Shown: positions 34,211 through 45,734 of the stretch, one piece after another
How positions within the stretch are numbered: position 1 is the stretch's first letter
Layout: each line of letters starts with the position of its first letter
Made by a program: the position numbers and the translations under genes
Assembly: GCF_006345805.1 (NCBI RefSeq)
Contig: NC_043005.1
Coordinates: forward strand, 91,946,001 to 92,010,000
Direction: 5' to 3'
Length of the DNA stretch: 64,000 nt
Source: Octopus sinensis
Taxonomy: Eukaryota
Notes under the pieces: generated by a model
What the model was told of the DNA's origin: nothing
The model's input: only the letters and a program-made list of their open reading frames with translations
Database searches by the model: none

Positions 34211-34639
34211 CACTTCTGGATAGATAATTTATGCACAGGTTTAAGGTTTAAAATTTTCCCTTACACTTGAACCTTCCAACATTGGACCCACTTTTCTCCT
34301 CTCTTAATTTTGCACTTGGTTCATCAACTTTTGTAATGAATTTGTTTTATATCAGTAACCTGCTTTCACCATTTGTTGTTTCTGAAAAAAAGCAACAAAC
34401 TGCACTCTCACAAGAAATTCTTAAATGTTGAAACTTTCTTTTAACATTGTTCCTCTCCTTGCATTCTGCTGTTTTTCACTCAGGTAGGTTATAATTCTGT
34501 TCTCTATTAATGAATCAATTATTGAAAAAAATGCAAACAACTATTTTGTATATTGCCTCTTCATCCTCATCAATCCATCACTTCATGTATTCTTCTCTAT
34601 TATATTTGTATCATGCTAATTAAAACCATCTCGTTTCAG

Positions 34640-34824
34640 GGAAGCCGTGACAGTCTAAGCAGTTACTACAGCAATGCCGGTGAAGTCAACTATGGTAAGA
34701 TAAATGTGACTGGTGACATTCAGTTTGGTTTGGACTATGACTATAAGACAAGTTGCCTTGAAATTCGGGTCAAGCAGTGTCGTAATTTAGCCCCTGCTGA
34801 TGTCAAGAAGAACAAATCAGATCC
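34640..34824 (+). CDS. SYTL4/5-like: Slp exon, start of C2A (GSRDSLSSYYS...GDIQFGLDY...QCRNLAPADVKKNKSD), phase 0 to 2
   Basis: tcgtttcag| acceptor and |gtaaga donor; the S..S.YS.AG...G...V.G.I.F motif is typical of Slp4/5. Confidence 0.95.
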
Positions 34825-35881
34825 GTAAGAAATATCTATTTTCTTTGAAGTATTGTATTTTCTGGCAAACAAGTCAAATTGTAGAGACCAAAATTTACAG
34901 TCAAAATATGCAGGTTGACTAATACACCAAGAGGACTTTGGAGGACTAAAAATTCTATGTGAAATGTTACAGGCTCTTCTAAAATAGTGACACATCATAT
35001 ACTGTATGAACTTGTATGCTGGAAACTACAGCACGTTTCTAATATCTTGCCTTTGTTTGATTGTATATATTTATTTTTATAATTTAAAAATAGGATAAAA
35101 TTTTTATAAGAATTTATTAAGTAGTTAGCTAGGAGGGACTTTCAAAGTCAAAACTACTAAAATAAACATTTTATTATGGCATTTATGTGTAATAATACCC
35201 TCTATAAAATAAAAATTAATATATTTATTTTTATAAATATATATTCATATTACTTCATATACAATTAGTGAAATATTGTGTAAAAGTTGTTTATTGATCG
35301 CAAAATTAGCTAAGTGTGAGTGATTTTACTCTGCAAGTTTATTCCAAAGCTTTCCATATCTCAAAAACAGTGAACATTTCAAAACTCATTGTAATTTTCT
35401 GCTGAAATGAGCCATGTAACTCAAATATTTGGAGTGAAGTTGATTTAGTATGTATTTGGAAAGACCTTTCGTGATAGGTATCACAGTGCTAGTCTTATGT
35501 CAATTGACTAATTAATTTTCAAATTTGTTCACTAATGACAACAATTTATAAATGGATGAAAATCCAAGAACCAATCTTAAATGTGTAATGGAAATGAAAA
35601 TGGATAAGGGTGTATAGTAATAATACCTTTTTCCTTTTTCTGATATATAATTCTTATGATCTAAAATTTATTATTTCCATTTGCCTTAAATGTAATGATT
35701 TAAACATTTTTGGGGTATATAGATATTAGAGGTACTGATAATAGAAATTGTATTTAAAAAAAAATTGTTGTTGTTTTAGAAATTGAGATCCCTCATAAAA
35801 TTATTACTTAATAATGTGAGGGCATTTTTATAATGTTTCCTCAAATATGATTTTCTGATTGCTCGTGTTTGTTTCATTCAG

Positions 35882-35984
35882 GTATGTTAAAAGTTACCTT
35901 TTACCAGATAAAACTAAAACAGGCAAGCGGAAGACTAAAGTAAAGAAAAACAGTCTGAATCCTACATTTGATGAAACACTCAGG
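35882..35984 (+). CDS. SYTL4/5-like: Slp exon, C2A polybasic strand ([35 protein letters not shown]), phase 2 to 0
   Basis: gtttcattcag| acceptor and AGG|gtaagt donor; too short for the ORF track, translated by hand. Confidence 0.95.
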
Positions 35985-36078
35985 GTAAGTAAAGATATAT
36001 TTTCCATTATTATTATTATCCTGTGAGTATTACTTTTCTACACTGTCAGGAATTGAACTGCTCGGCAATCCTGCATTA

Positions 36079-36455
36079 TATGAGGTGGCATCAAAACATT
36101 CCTGGACTAGTTATGTTTAATAAAAAAAACAACTTATTTTACATCATCTCCTTTGAAATCGTCACCTTGCACAGCAATACGCCAGTCCCAGCATTTCTAC
36201 CACTTTTGGTACCCAGCCTGGTAGTCATTTTCCATAAGTGAGTTAAGGACCTCCTGTGATTCACTCTTGATCTTGACAATGGTGTTAAAACGGTGATCTT
36301 TGAGCTGTGTTTTCATCTTGTGGAAGAGATGGAAGTCCACAGGTGCTAAATCTGGTGAATAGGGTGGGTGTGGAAGTGATACCATTTTGTTTTTGGTGAG
36401 AAACTGACGAGTGGGGAGGGCTTGGTGACAGAGTCCATTGTCATTGAGAAGTATT
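36079..36455 (-). mobile_element. mariner transposase 3' relic with terminal inverted repeat
   Basis: ORF 36197-36385(-) HPPYSPDLAPVDFHLFHKMK (mariner YSPDLAPxD motif); TA then TATGAGGTGGCATCAAAACATTCCTGGACT terminus. Confidence 0.85.
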
Positions 36456-37824
36456 TGATATTTTGTACTCGCATCTCTGCGACAGTCAGTTTAAAAAATA
36501 AATCATGTCTTTTTGTTTCAAATTTTTGAAAACTTAAAAAACACTTCTTTCACTTTAATGACACCAAGCAAATTCCTGGTACCATGTGTAACTGGTGTCC
36601 CTAAAGTGAAACCCCCAAAACAAAAACTAAAAACAGATGAAAAAAACAGATGATTGAAAGAAAAAAAATCTAAGGAATAAAACCTGAAAAGCTGAATGTG
36701 TGTGTGTGTGTGTTTGTGTGCAAATATATAAAGAATGGTGGTTGGAATTTTGTATCAAACTGGCTTTTGGGTGTGGCTGATAGGTATGTTTTTGTGTATG
36801 TGTGTATATGTATGGGTATGTTTGTATGTATTGCTGTTTTGAATTCATTCCTGTGATTGAACTTAAATTGATTTTGTGAATGAAACAAACAAGATCCTGA
36901 ATAAGAAATGAATGTTTAATATGACAAAATTTCAGATTCTTTTACACCATTTTAAAAGGAGGCTGATTTTGTGACTCAATCAAACTAGATCCAAGTACAG
37001 TGAATACCATCCTCCACCACTTTCTTCTCATGTGAAGTACATATGTATTTCAATGATTTCTATCAAATACACTCTCTTTCTTGAGCATAAAAAATCCTCT
37101 TCCCAGGTGACAATAACTTATATGTCAGATTGTTGCACAAGTTTTAGCTGTTTTGATAAGGGAAATTGGAAAGGTTTGAAAGGATTTCATTGGCATTTAC
37201 TTGTGCCAAAGAGCACTCTTTCGATAGACAACATGTTGATCTCATAAGTGTCGCATGGTGGAAATAAATGCAATTACCAAACTTTCAATTCATTATTTCG
37301 TGCATATGCAAAACAACATCCTTTATTTTTTAATCATTATCTGCTGATATCAAAATAGGTAATATATTGAAAAAGAAAAATATTTTCTAGGGTGAGGTAG
37401 TATTTCTGACTTCAAGGGTCAAAAGGGGGCCTTTGGCCAAAATGGGTTGAGAACCTTTGCTCTTGACACTTTGGTAGTTTATCATTGTTGAGTATAAAAC
37501 AGCCTGAAAATTAATAATTATCATTATAAACATTTTCTTGTTTTTTGTAAATTTAATTTACTGTATTTGATGACAAACATGACACACATTTTTCCCCTCC
37601 ATGAAATATCTCTAAAAGATCACCCCAGGTCCTTACCATATTTTCCAGCACACAAGCCAAATTTTTTCAGACCAAAATTTACAACCCAAAAGGTAGGTTA
37701 CTTTATACACCAAGACAACTTTGGAGAACCAAAAATTTCATGGGAAATTCAGTAGGGTTTGGAAAGATAGGGACTATATTTGAATATTTAAACTACAAGT
37801 TTACACTACGTACTACATTGACTT

Positions 37825-38190
37825 CATCATCATCATCATCATCGTTTAACGTCCGCTTTCCATGCTAGCATGGGTTGGACGGTTCAACTGGGGTCTGGCA
37901 AGCCCGAAGGCTGCACCAGGCCAGTCAGATCTGGCAGTGTTTCTACAGCTGGATGTCCTTCCTAACGCCAACCACTCCGAGAGTGTAGTGGGTGATTTTA
38001 TGTGCCACCGACACAGGTGCCAGACGAGGCTGGCAGACGGCCACGCTCAGATGGTGTTTTTTATGTGCCACCGACACAGGTGCCAGACGAGGCTGGCTGA
38101 CGGCCATGCTCGGATGGTGTTTTCTTATGTGTCACCGACACAGGTGCCAGACGGGGCTGGCGGACGGCCACGCTCGGATGGTGTTTGCAG
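37825..38190 (-). mobile_element. Family C element with an internal ~58-bp unit repeated three times
   Basis: catcatcatcatcgtttaacgtccgc..., then tatgtgccaccgacacaggtgccagacgaggctggc..acggccacgctc.gatggtgttt x3 at ~37998-38187. Confidence 0.85.
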
Positions 38191-38349
38191 AAAATACAGT
38201 ATGTGAAGTTGGGCTTATAAGGCACTAAAAGTCTTTTTCTACTGCTGAAATTGGGGTTTATCTAATGTGCCTGTGCATCCCTTATTCTATAAATACAGTA
38301 TGTTTTTATTTGTGAAATTGTCTTTTATTCACTTACCTTTCTCTTTTAG

Positions 38350-38703
<354 letters not shown>

Positions 38704-38719
38704 TGATCAAAAATCTTTA

Positions 38720-38887
38720 GATGCAGACATGGCTGTGTCATTAAGAAACTTACTTTGCAACCACATAATTTGGGGTTCAGTCCCACTGTGCAGCACCTTG
38801 GGCAAGTGCCTTCTACTAAAGCTCTGAGCCAACCAATGCTTTATGAGTGAATTTGGTTGATGGAAACTCTGAAACTGTGCAGAAGAC

Positions 38888-38935
<48 letters not shown>

Positions 38936-39150
38936 TCCCTCACATGCACACACACACGTGTGTGTTTCTCCACTGTCACTTGACAACTAGTGTTGGTTTG
39001 TTTATGTCTGTAACATTGCAGTTTGGTAAAAAAAAAAAAAGAGACTGATAGAATAAGTACTTAAAAAAAAAAAAATTTGTTCAACTAAACCCTTTAAGGC
39101 AATGCCCCAGCATGGTCACTGTCCAATAACTGGAATAAGCAAAAGCGAAA
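38720..39150 (+). mobile_element. tRNA-type SINE family B
   Basis: ...GGGGTTCAGTCCCACTGTGCAGCACCTTGGGCAAGTGCCTTCTAC..., central (CT)n, tail. Confidence 0.8.
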
Positions 39151-39557
39151 AAATTATTGGCTTTGCATACCAAAAAGTAGTTTGGGTTGAGAATTGCATT
39201 TATTTGGCAAATGACTTTGTCTCAGGTTGTTTGTTGAAGCTAAAATATCTTGATAGTTGTTTAAAAAACACATAGGCCGTTGTTATATTTATTTTATATT
39301 TACTTATCTTTTATTTGTAAAGTAATGTATACTATTAAGCACCAATGTTGGCATACATTCACAACCTGTTCAGTGTGTCTGTGGTGTTTATTTTGTCCAA
39401 GCTACTCAGGCTCCTCTTTATCAGCCTCTTACATAAGACTGGAAACCTGTGATTGGTCCACTGGAAACCTGTAACAAATGGTGCTGATTTTCATAAAATG
39501 TATGATGTAAAAAGAAAACTAAGTAACTTAGAATGAAGAAACTGTGCTTTGTTTTAA

Positions 39558-39753
39558 TCCTTTAGCATTTAAACTGACCCTATCTGGCCCAAATATTTTA
39601 TCTGTCTCTCACACCTACCCTACAATGTAATTTTGAAAATAAACTGTCACATCTTAGAAATCTCAAAGCTACAAGATAATGCATGATTAATTCAAAACAA
39701 TTTGAATAAATAAGGGATACATTTGACAGGGAAGTCACCCAAATGTTAAAGGG
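39558..39753. mobile_element. piggyBac-type MITE, second copy
   Basis: TTAA TCCTTTAGCATTT...AAATGTTAAAGGG TTAA; body shared with 14632-14852. Confidence 0.75.
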
Positions 39754-39841
39754 TTAAGAAAGCCACAGGGACCAACAAAACTAATAAACTATTTCAATAA
39801 TGAATTAACAGTGATAATTTTTTGTTTTTTGTTTTCTGTAG

Positions 39842-40065
39842 CAAGAATATTTGCCATCATCTCTTTCATACAAAGGCGAGCTGACCTTATCGTTAAAGTT
39901 TGTAACTGGTGATAAACTGCTAACGGGGTCCACAACATCTTTAAAGCACAGTAGAGAAGGCAGATCTGAAGTTTCAGATGGAGGACAACTTCATGTTTAC
40001 ATTAAAGAGGCCAAAAATTTGACAGCAGTTAGATCTGGAGGATATTCTGATCCTTTCTGCAAAGG
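39842..40065 (+). CDS. SYTL4/5-like: Slp exon, start of C2B (QEYLPSSLSYKGELTLSLKF...LHVYIKEAKNLTAVRSGGYSDPFCK), phase 0 to 2
   Basis: ttttctgtag| acceptor and GG|gtaagt donor. Confidence 0.95.
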
Positions 40066-40114
40066 GTAAGTTGTTTTACTAAAATGATATATGGCAACAA
40101 AACAATTCTCTATC

Positions 40115-40520
40115 TGGGTGATGGAGCAATGGACATTGAATGTGCAAAGGCTGGGTAGAAGTAAAGTTTGCATGCTTCACTGGATATGTAATATTGGTGT
40201 GCATGAACAATGAAGCATGAGTGAGCTGACGAAGGAGTCAGCTGTAGTGTGCAAAAGAAAGACTGAGATGGTATGAGCAAGGAAGATGTGTACAAAGAAT
40301 GAGGATTTGGTGAGAAAGGGGTCCAAGTGGTACAAAAGGAGGACCCCATAAAAGAGAAAACAAAAGATGTGGAAATAATTGATGAGGGCTGATCTCAGGA
40401 TGCTGAACATCAAGAATAAGATGGCAAGGGATAGCAACAAGGGATGAGACACTATAGTGGGAAAAACTTCTTTAGTCCATGTGAGTAGGGAAAAAGAAGG
40501 TGATAATAATGACAGTGATT
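40115..40520 (+). mobile_element. Degenerate RTE-clade LINE 3' fragment
   Basis: ...MLHWICNIGVHE...KKRLRWYE...ADLRMLNI... (RTE MLRW.CNV / RLRWYGHV region); stops and frameshifts. Confidence 0.65.
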
Positions 40521-42509
40521 TTATATACATACATACTAGGTTAGAAACCAGCTCCTTCTCTTTTGGCAAGAAATCTTGAAATAAAACTGAATAATAACAT
40601 ACATATATACATACATAGATATGCGCATGTCTAGACATGCAACTGTATACATGAGACTACATACATAAAACAAAACATACAAATCTGCACATGCACTGAC
40701 TCCAAATACTGCACATTTACACACATGCAAAAATAACCTTGTTGATGTTGAAATTCTAATGAAGGATCCTTGGATCTGGGTTAGAAACTAACTCTTTCTC
40801 TATTGGCAAAAAAGTTTGAAATAAAGCTGAATAATGACTTACATATATACATATAAGCATGTTGTCAATCCTTACTCATACCCAGCATAGGTAATGTCTC
40901 CTCTAGTCTAATGAACAACAGCCCAGATATGCTTTCATGGATGATTGTAAACAAATGACATCGGTTTTATGAACAGTAACCCTTTGTTCACAATCAGTGT
41001 GCACATTTCAAGACAAGAGGAAATATCGTCTGATTCATCATATCGAACAGAAAACTGATTATTTGTCAATTTCTTCACATATAATATGTGAATTAAATAA
41101 TTTCAAATGTAGCCCATAAAGAAAATAAAGAATATCTATCACAAGTTATCTAAAGGAACATATAGATGTTTTGGTAAGTTTTCGCTTCGTTGCAGAACTG
41201 AAAACTTGACAGTTACTAGTTTGACCACAGAAGAGAGCATTGGTGTATAAGCGTGTTCTCTTTCTTTATTCTCATAACCAGTTTCTGTTGCTTTGACTTA
41301 TATATTAAATAAATCATAAAGGAGGCATACCTTGTATTAGTTCAATCTATATTTAAGGAATTTTCTTGCTGACATTTCATCTTGGTATTGGTCACTTTTC
41401 ATTAGAAGGCACCATTATTATGTCTTCTGTTTAGTAGGAATGTTTCTATTATTCTTCTTTATGTTTCAGTAAACATTTTCTCTAACCACCTCTTAATATC
41501 ATAAGTAATTTCTAGATCACTATTCTGCAGCAGCCACTATTAACACAGTAGTTATATAATCCATTTAGAAACTAAAGGAAGTTGTATGTGTGTGTGTGTG
41601 AGCTCATGTTTATAAATTGACTTAACTTATCTAACATCTAGTTGTTCATGCTTTGATGATGGCTAATTTTTTTGTATCTGCAATGCTTTCGATGTATATA
41701 TGGCTTTCTTCCATTTTAGTATTTCCATTTTATGTTACATTTTGGAAGTTTTTCATTGACTATTTAGAGGATATGGCTTTAGCATATTCATTTCTTATTA
41801 ATCACAGTTGTTATGTATGGCTGTTTTTATATCCTTCTTACTTGTTTGATCAACTTTGTTACATCTGCTATCTAAACTTTTCTTCCATTTTCCTTCAAAA
41901 GCAATTTGTGTATTTCTAATCTTTCTGGTATATTGCCAGCTTATGGAATCACACATTAGAACATGAAGTATATCAAACTTTGGTTGGCAGATCTATTTTT
42001 GTGCTGGTAACACATGTAACCATCGATATAATACGTATGTCAATCCGTTAATACTTAAGCTCTTTTGTAACACATGTTGCTGTGTGGGAATATTTGAATA
42101 TGTATGTATTTGATCGCATGGAAAATAAGTGCTAATATGTGATCATAATGATTGACTCTTTTGGTTTTGATGAATGTGAGATCCAAGTTGTTCCATCTAC
42201 AGAACCACTTAGTTAATGAGTTATGGTGGAAATAGATGAGTTTTATAACAAATACTCATACCCTTAATATAATCTTCATGCTAGAGTAGTGTAGCACTGT
42301 TTGACATGACTGGGCCCATGAATCACAAATAGAGCCCATTAAATGGGCTTATACAATTTCTGTCTACCCAGTTCCATTCAAGTCAACCCAAGTCCATAGT
42401 AGAATATTCTTGCCCAAGCCATCATGCAGAGAAGTCACAGTTAGAACCAAGTGACTGTGCAGCAAGCTTATTAATCTCACTGCCACAAGCCTAGGGTTGT
42501 AAAATGTTT

Positions 42510-42852
42510 GGCTATGACTGTGTGATGAAGAAGTTTACTCTGCAACCGCACAGTTTTGGGTTTGATCTCCCTGTGTAGCACTTAGGGCTATTATAGCCTC
42601 GAGTTAACTGATGCCTTTTGTGTGAAATTTGATTGATGGAATCTGTAAGGAATATGTTTATATGTGTGTGTGTGTCTGTGTTTGTTTATGTCTCATAACT
42701 TAGTGGTTCAACAAATGGATATTAATAAATAGATATAATAAGTATCAGATTTAAAAATAAGTTCTGGGGAGATGAGTTGATATGATTGACTAAACTCTTG
42801 AAGGTGGTGCCCAAGCATGGTCACAGTCCAAAGTCTGAAGCCAGTAAAAAAA
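42510..42852 (+). mobile_element. tRNA-type SINE family B, degenerate, ending ~25 nt before the C2B exon acceptor
   Basis: Head ...TTTTGGGTTTGATCTCCCTG..., TG tract, tail ...TGCCCAAGCATGGTCACAGTCC...AAAAAAA. Confidence 0.65.
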
Positions 42853-42875
42853 TCAAATTGTATCTCACTTTGCAG

Positions 42876-43084
42876 GTATTTATTACCAGAAAAGAACCGA
42901 TCATCAAAGCAAAAAACTCCAGTGGTAAAGAAAAATTGCAACCCGGTTTGGAATCATTCCTTTATATTTGAAGATGTGTCTGCTAGTTTATTGGCTGACC
43001 GATGCCTAGAACTCACTCTGTGGGATTATGATCGTATATCAAGTAATGATTTTCTTGGTGGCGTTCGACTGAATTTAGGATCAG
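42876..43084 (+). CDS. SYTL4/5-like: Slp exon, C2B core (GYLLPEKNRSSKQKTPVVKKNCNPVWNH...LWDYDRISSNDFLGGVRLNLGS), phase 2 to 1
   Basis: ctcactttgcag| acceptor and CAG|gtaaga donor. Confidence 0.95.
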
Positions 43085-44656
43085 GTAAGAATTTTTGCTC
43101 ATCATGTTATGCTAGTTTTATTATAAGAACATTATACTAAGACATGTAAAAGGAAACTGTATAGAATCCTTTTGTATGCTTGTTTGTGAATATTCTGCAT
43201 CTTTGTGTGAGGCTGTCTGGGCAAAATGGTGATGTCATGTTTACAGTCCTTGTGAAACATGTAGCTTTACACTTTCAAAGTCTAATGGAATAAATAAAAA
43301 CACACACACACACATCTATATGTATGTCATCCCATTAAAATCTTGATTATTTTGTAAATTAATTGAAACATCTAGTTAGTGTATTTCATTACTTTTGCAT
43401 TAAGCTGAAGCAACTGCAATTAGCTATGTTTACTTCATTCTCAAGCATTTCTTGAGGCCACTTCTATGCCACCCCCAAACAATCTATGAAAATAGAGTGA
43501 TTAATTTATTTCTAATTAAAAATAAACAACTATGAATACCTATTTTTAAAATACATTTTTTACTTATTTATATTTATTTATATTTATATATTTATATTTA
43601 TTTATATTTATTTTCAATTAAAGAGAAGCTGTGAGTGAAACAAAATGAAGCCATAACTGTTTAAAAATTTAGTCAATATGAATTGAGATCTTGATCATCG
43701 AAGAATTTATTAGAAGTATGAAAAACTAATAGAATGCATAAGTTTTGTCTGAATTTTCTCTTCGATGGGGATATAGGTAAATGCATCTAGCTTGGGGAGA
43801 AAAATATTTGATGATAATACTAATAAACATTCGTTCTACATAAAATTATCAAAACTGGAGAGGCATATGTTAAATTTTATTGATAAAGTTTAACCATAAT
43901 TAGTATTTATTAAGATTGTTATTGTTCTAGAACTAAAGATATCTGGTTGATAGTAGAGTAAATGTCCCAGCAGTTTGTTCTTAGTCATTGGTGCTATGCT
44001 ACAGTCATTGAAGAGTTGTTCAGCTCTCAATGCTCCAATTCACTCAGAATTGGTAAATAGATACCAAAAGAGGACATTCTCAATGCTTTAATTATTGACA
44101 ATACTTTAGAAATCAAATTACATGGCAAGATGTTTTCCAGTGCTGAATTTACTTCTCTCTACTTGCTTGTAAGCATATTAGGATTCCACTGTTCACATCT
44201 ATATGCTCCAGTGTATGTAAACAGATCTGCTGCAACAGTATCTGACTCTCAGGCATGTAGATGGAAGATATTTTAATTTTGGTTTACATTAGTGTTTGGG
44301 GATACAGGAATAGCATTATAATCCTAATAACTATCTAGCTTCTTAGCTGGATTAACCTTCCTTGCAAGTTGAGAAAATTGTGGTTTAATACTATTGTACA
44401 AGATATAGATTTTTACACTAACGACACTGTTGTATTTTTGTCTTTTTATGTTTTCTTTGTAAAAAGTAGCATGTAGAACAAACGAATAGAGAATATACTT
44501 AATCAAAATATTTCACAATTAAAAACAAGGTGGAATTACATTACTGCTGCTGTAAGATTTTATCACTTGTTCCATTTGTTTCTTTGTCAGAAAAATACTT
44601 GTAAGTCGTTTAAGTGGTGGCAGTAGGGCAGATGGTGGTGGTTGTGGTATATCCTA

Positions 44657-45050
44657 TTTACTCTTTACTTGGTTCAGTCATTTGACTGCGGCTGTGCTGG
44701 AGCACCGCCTTTAGTCGAGCAAATCAACCCCAGGACTTATTCTTTGTAAGCCTAGTACTTATTCTATCGGTCTCTTTTGCCGAACTGCTAAGTGACGGGG
44801 ACGTAAACACACCAGCATCGGTTGTCAAGCGATGTTGGGGGGGGGGGCACAAATACAGACACACAAACACATACAAATACATAGATACGATGGGCTTCTT
44901 TCAGTTTCCGTCTACTAAATCCCCTCACAAGGCTTTGGTTGGCCTGAGGCTATAGTAGGAGACACTTCCCCAAGGTGCCACGCAGTGGGACTCAACCTGG
45001 AACCATGTGGTTGGTAAGGAAGCTACTTACCACACAGCCACTCCTGCGCC
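44657..45050 (-). mobile_element. tRNA-type SINE family B, young copy
   Basis: Near-complete reverse copy (GGCGCAGGAGTGGCTGTGTGGTAAG head at 45050); tatttactc is repeated at both ends as a likely TSD. Confidence 0.9.
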
Positions 45051-45209
45051 TATTTACTCAGCATGATATAACTTTTTTTTTGTTTTGTTTTATGAGTTAA
45101 CACTTGCCAGTTAATGTAACATAAATTTTGTCAACAAAATATATAAAATCTAGAAAATTCTTGTCTGATGTATTTTTAAGTAATATATTTAAAAAATTCT
45201 TCTCTTTAG

Positions 45210-45349
45210 GTATTTGTGGTCGGAGATATGTTGATTGGATGGATGCTGTTGGTGATGAAATCTCATTGTGGCAGTCAATGATATCTCGACCAAACACTTG
45301 GGTTGATGGAACTCTTATGTTACGTGCAAACATGAGTAACAGAATGTGA
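45210..45349 (+). CDS. SYTL4/5-like: Slp terminal exon (GICGRRYVDWMDAVGDEISLWQSMISRPNTWVDGTLMLRANMSNRM*)
   Basis: ttctctttag| acceptor; the VDWMD..G.E..LW..M...P..W..GTL.LR tail is characteristic of Slp4/5; TGA at 45347-45349. Confidence 0.95.
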
Positions 45350-45692
45350 CAGCAGCCATTCTATGAATATGCACCACTGTAGGTGATTATTTTTCATTAA
45401 GAGTTAAGTGATCATGTACAAAATGAACAAAACTCTTGAAACCACCTCATCTTTAAGGAATTACAGCTTTGTTGGTGATAAAGAGTATGTGAGAGGCCAC
45501 AGCTTACTTGATATATGCTGCTTGTATTACTGCCACAAGGAAGCTCAAGGAAAAAGAAAAAAGAAAACAGGCTGTGATTGTATGAAAGGCAGTTGCTTCA
45601 GTAAATGGTTAACAAAAGAGCAGTTGTGTTTGGAGATGCCATTTCACAAAAGCCCAAGCTCTTTTTATAAAATAATCTTTCTTTCTTCCTTT

Positions 45693-45734
<42 letters not shown>

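Noticed and set aside
37862-38228. 114-aa and 78-aa ORFs with a repeated CHRHRCQT motif
   Set aside because: They arise from the internal triplication of a family C repeat, not a gene.
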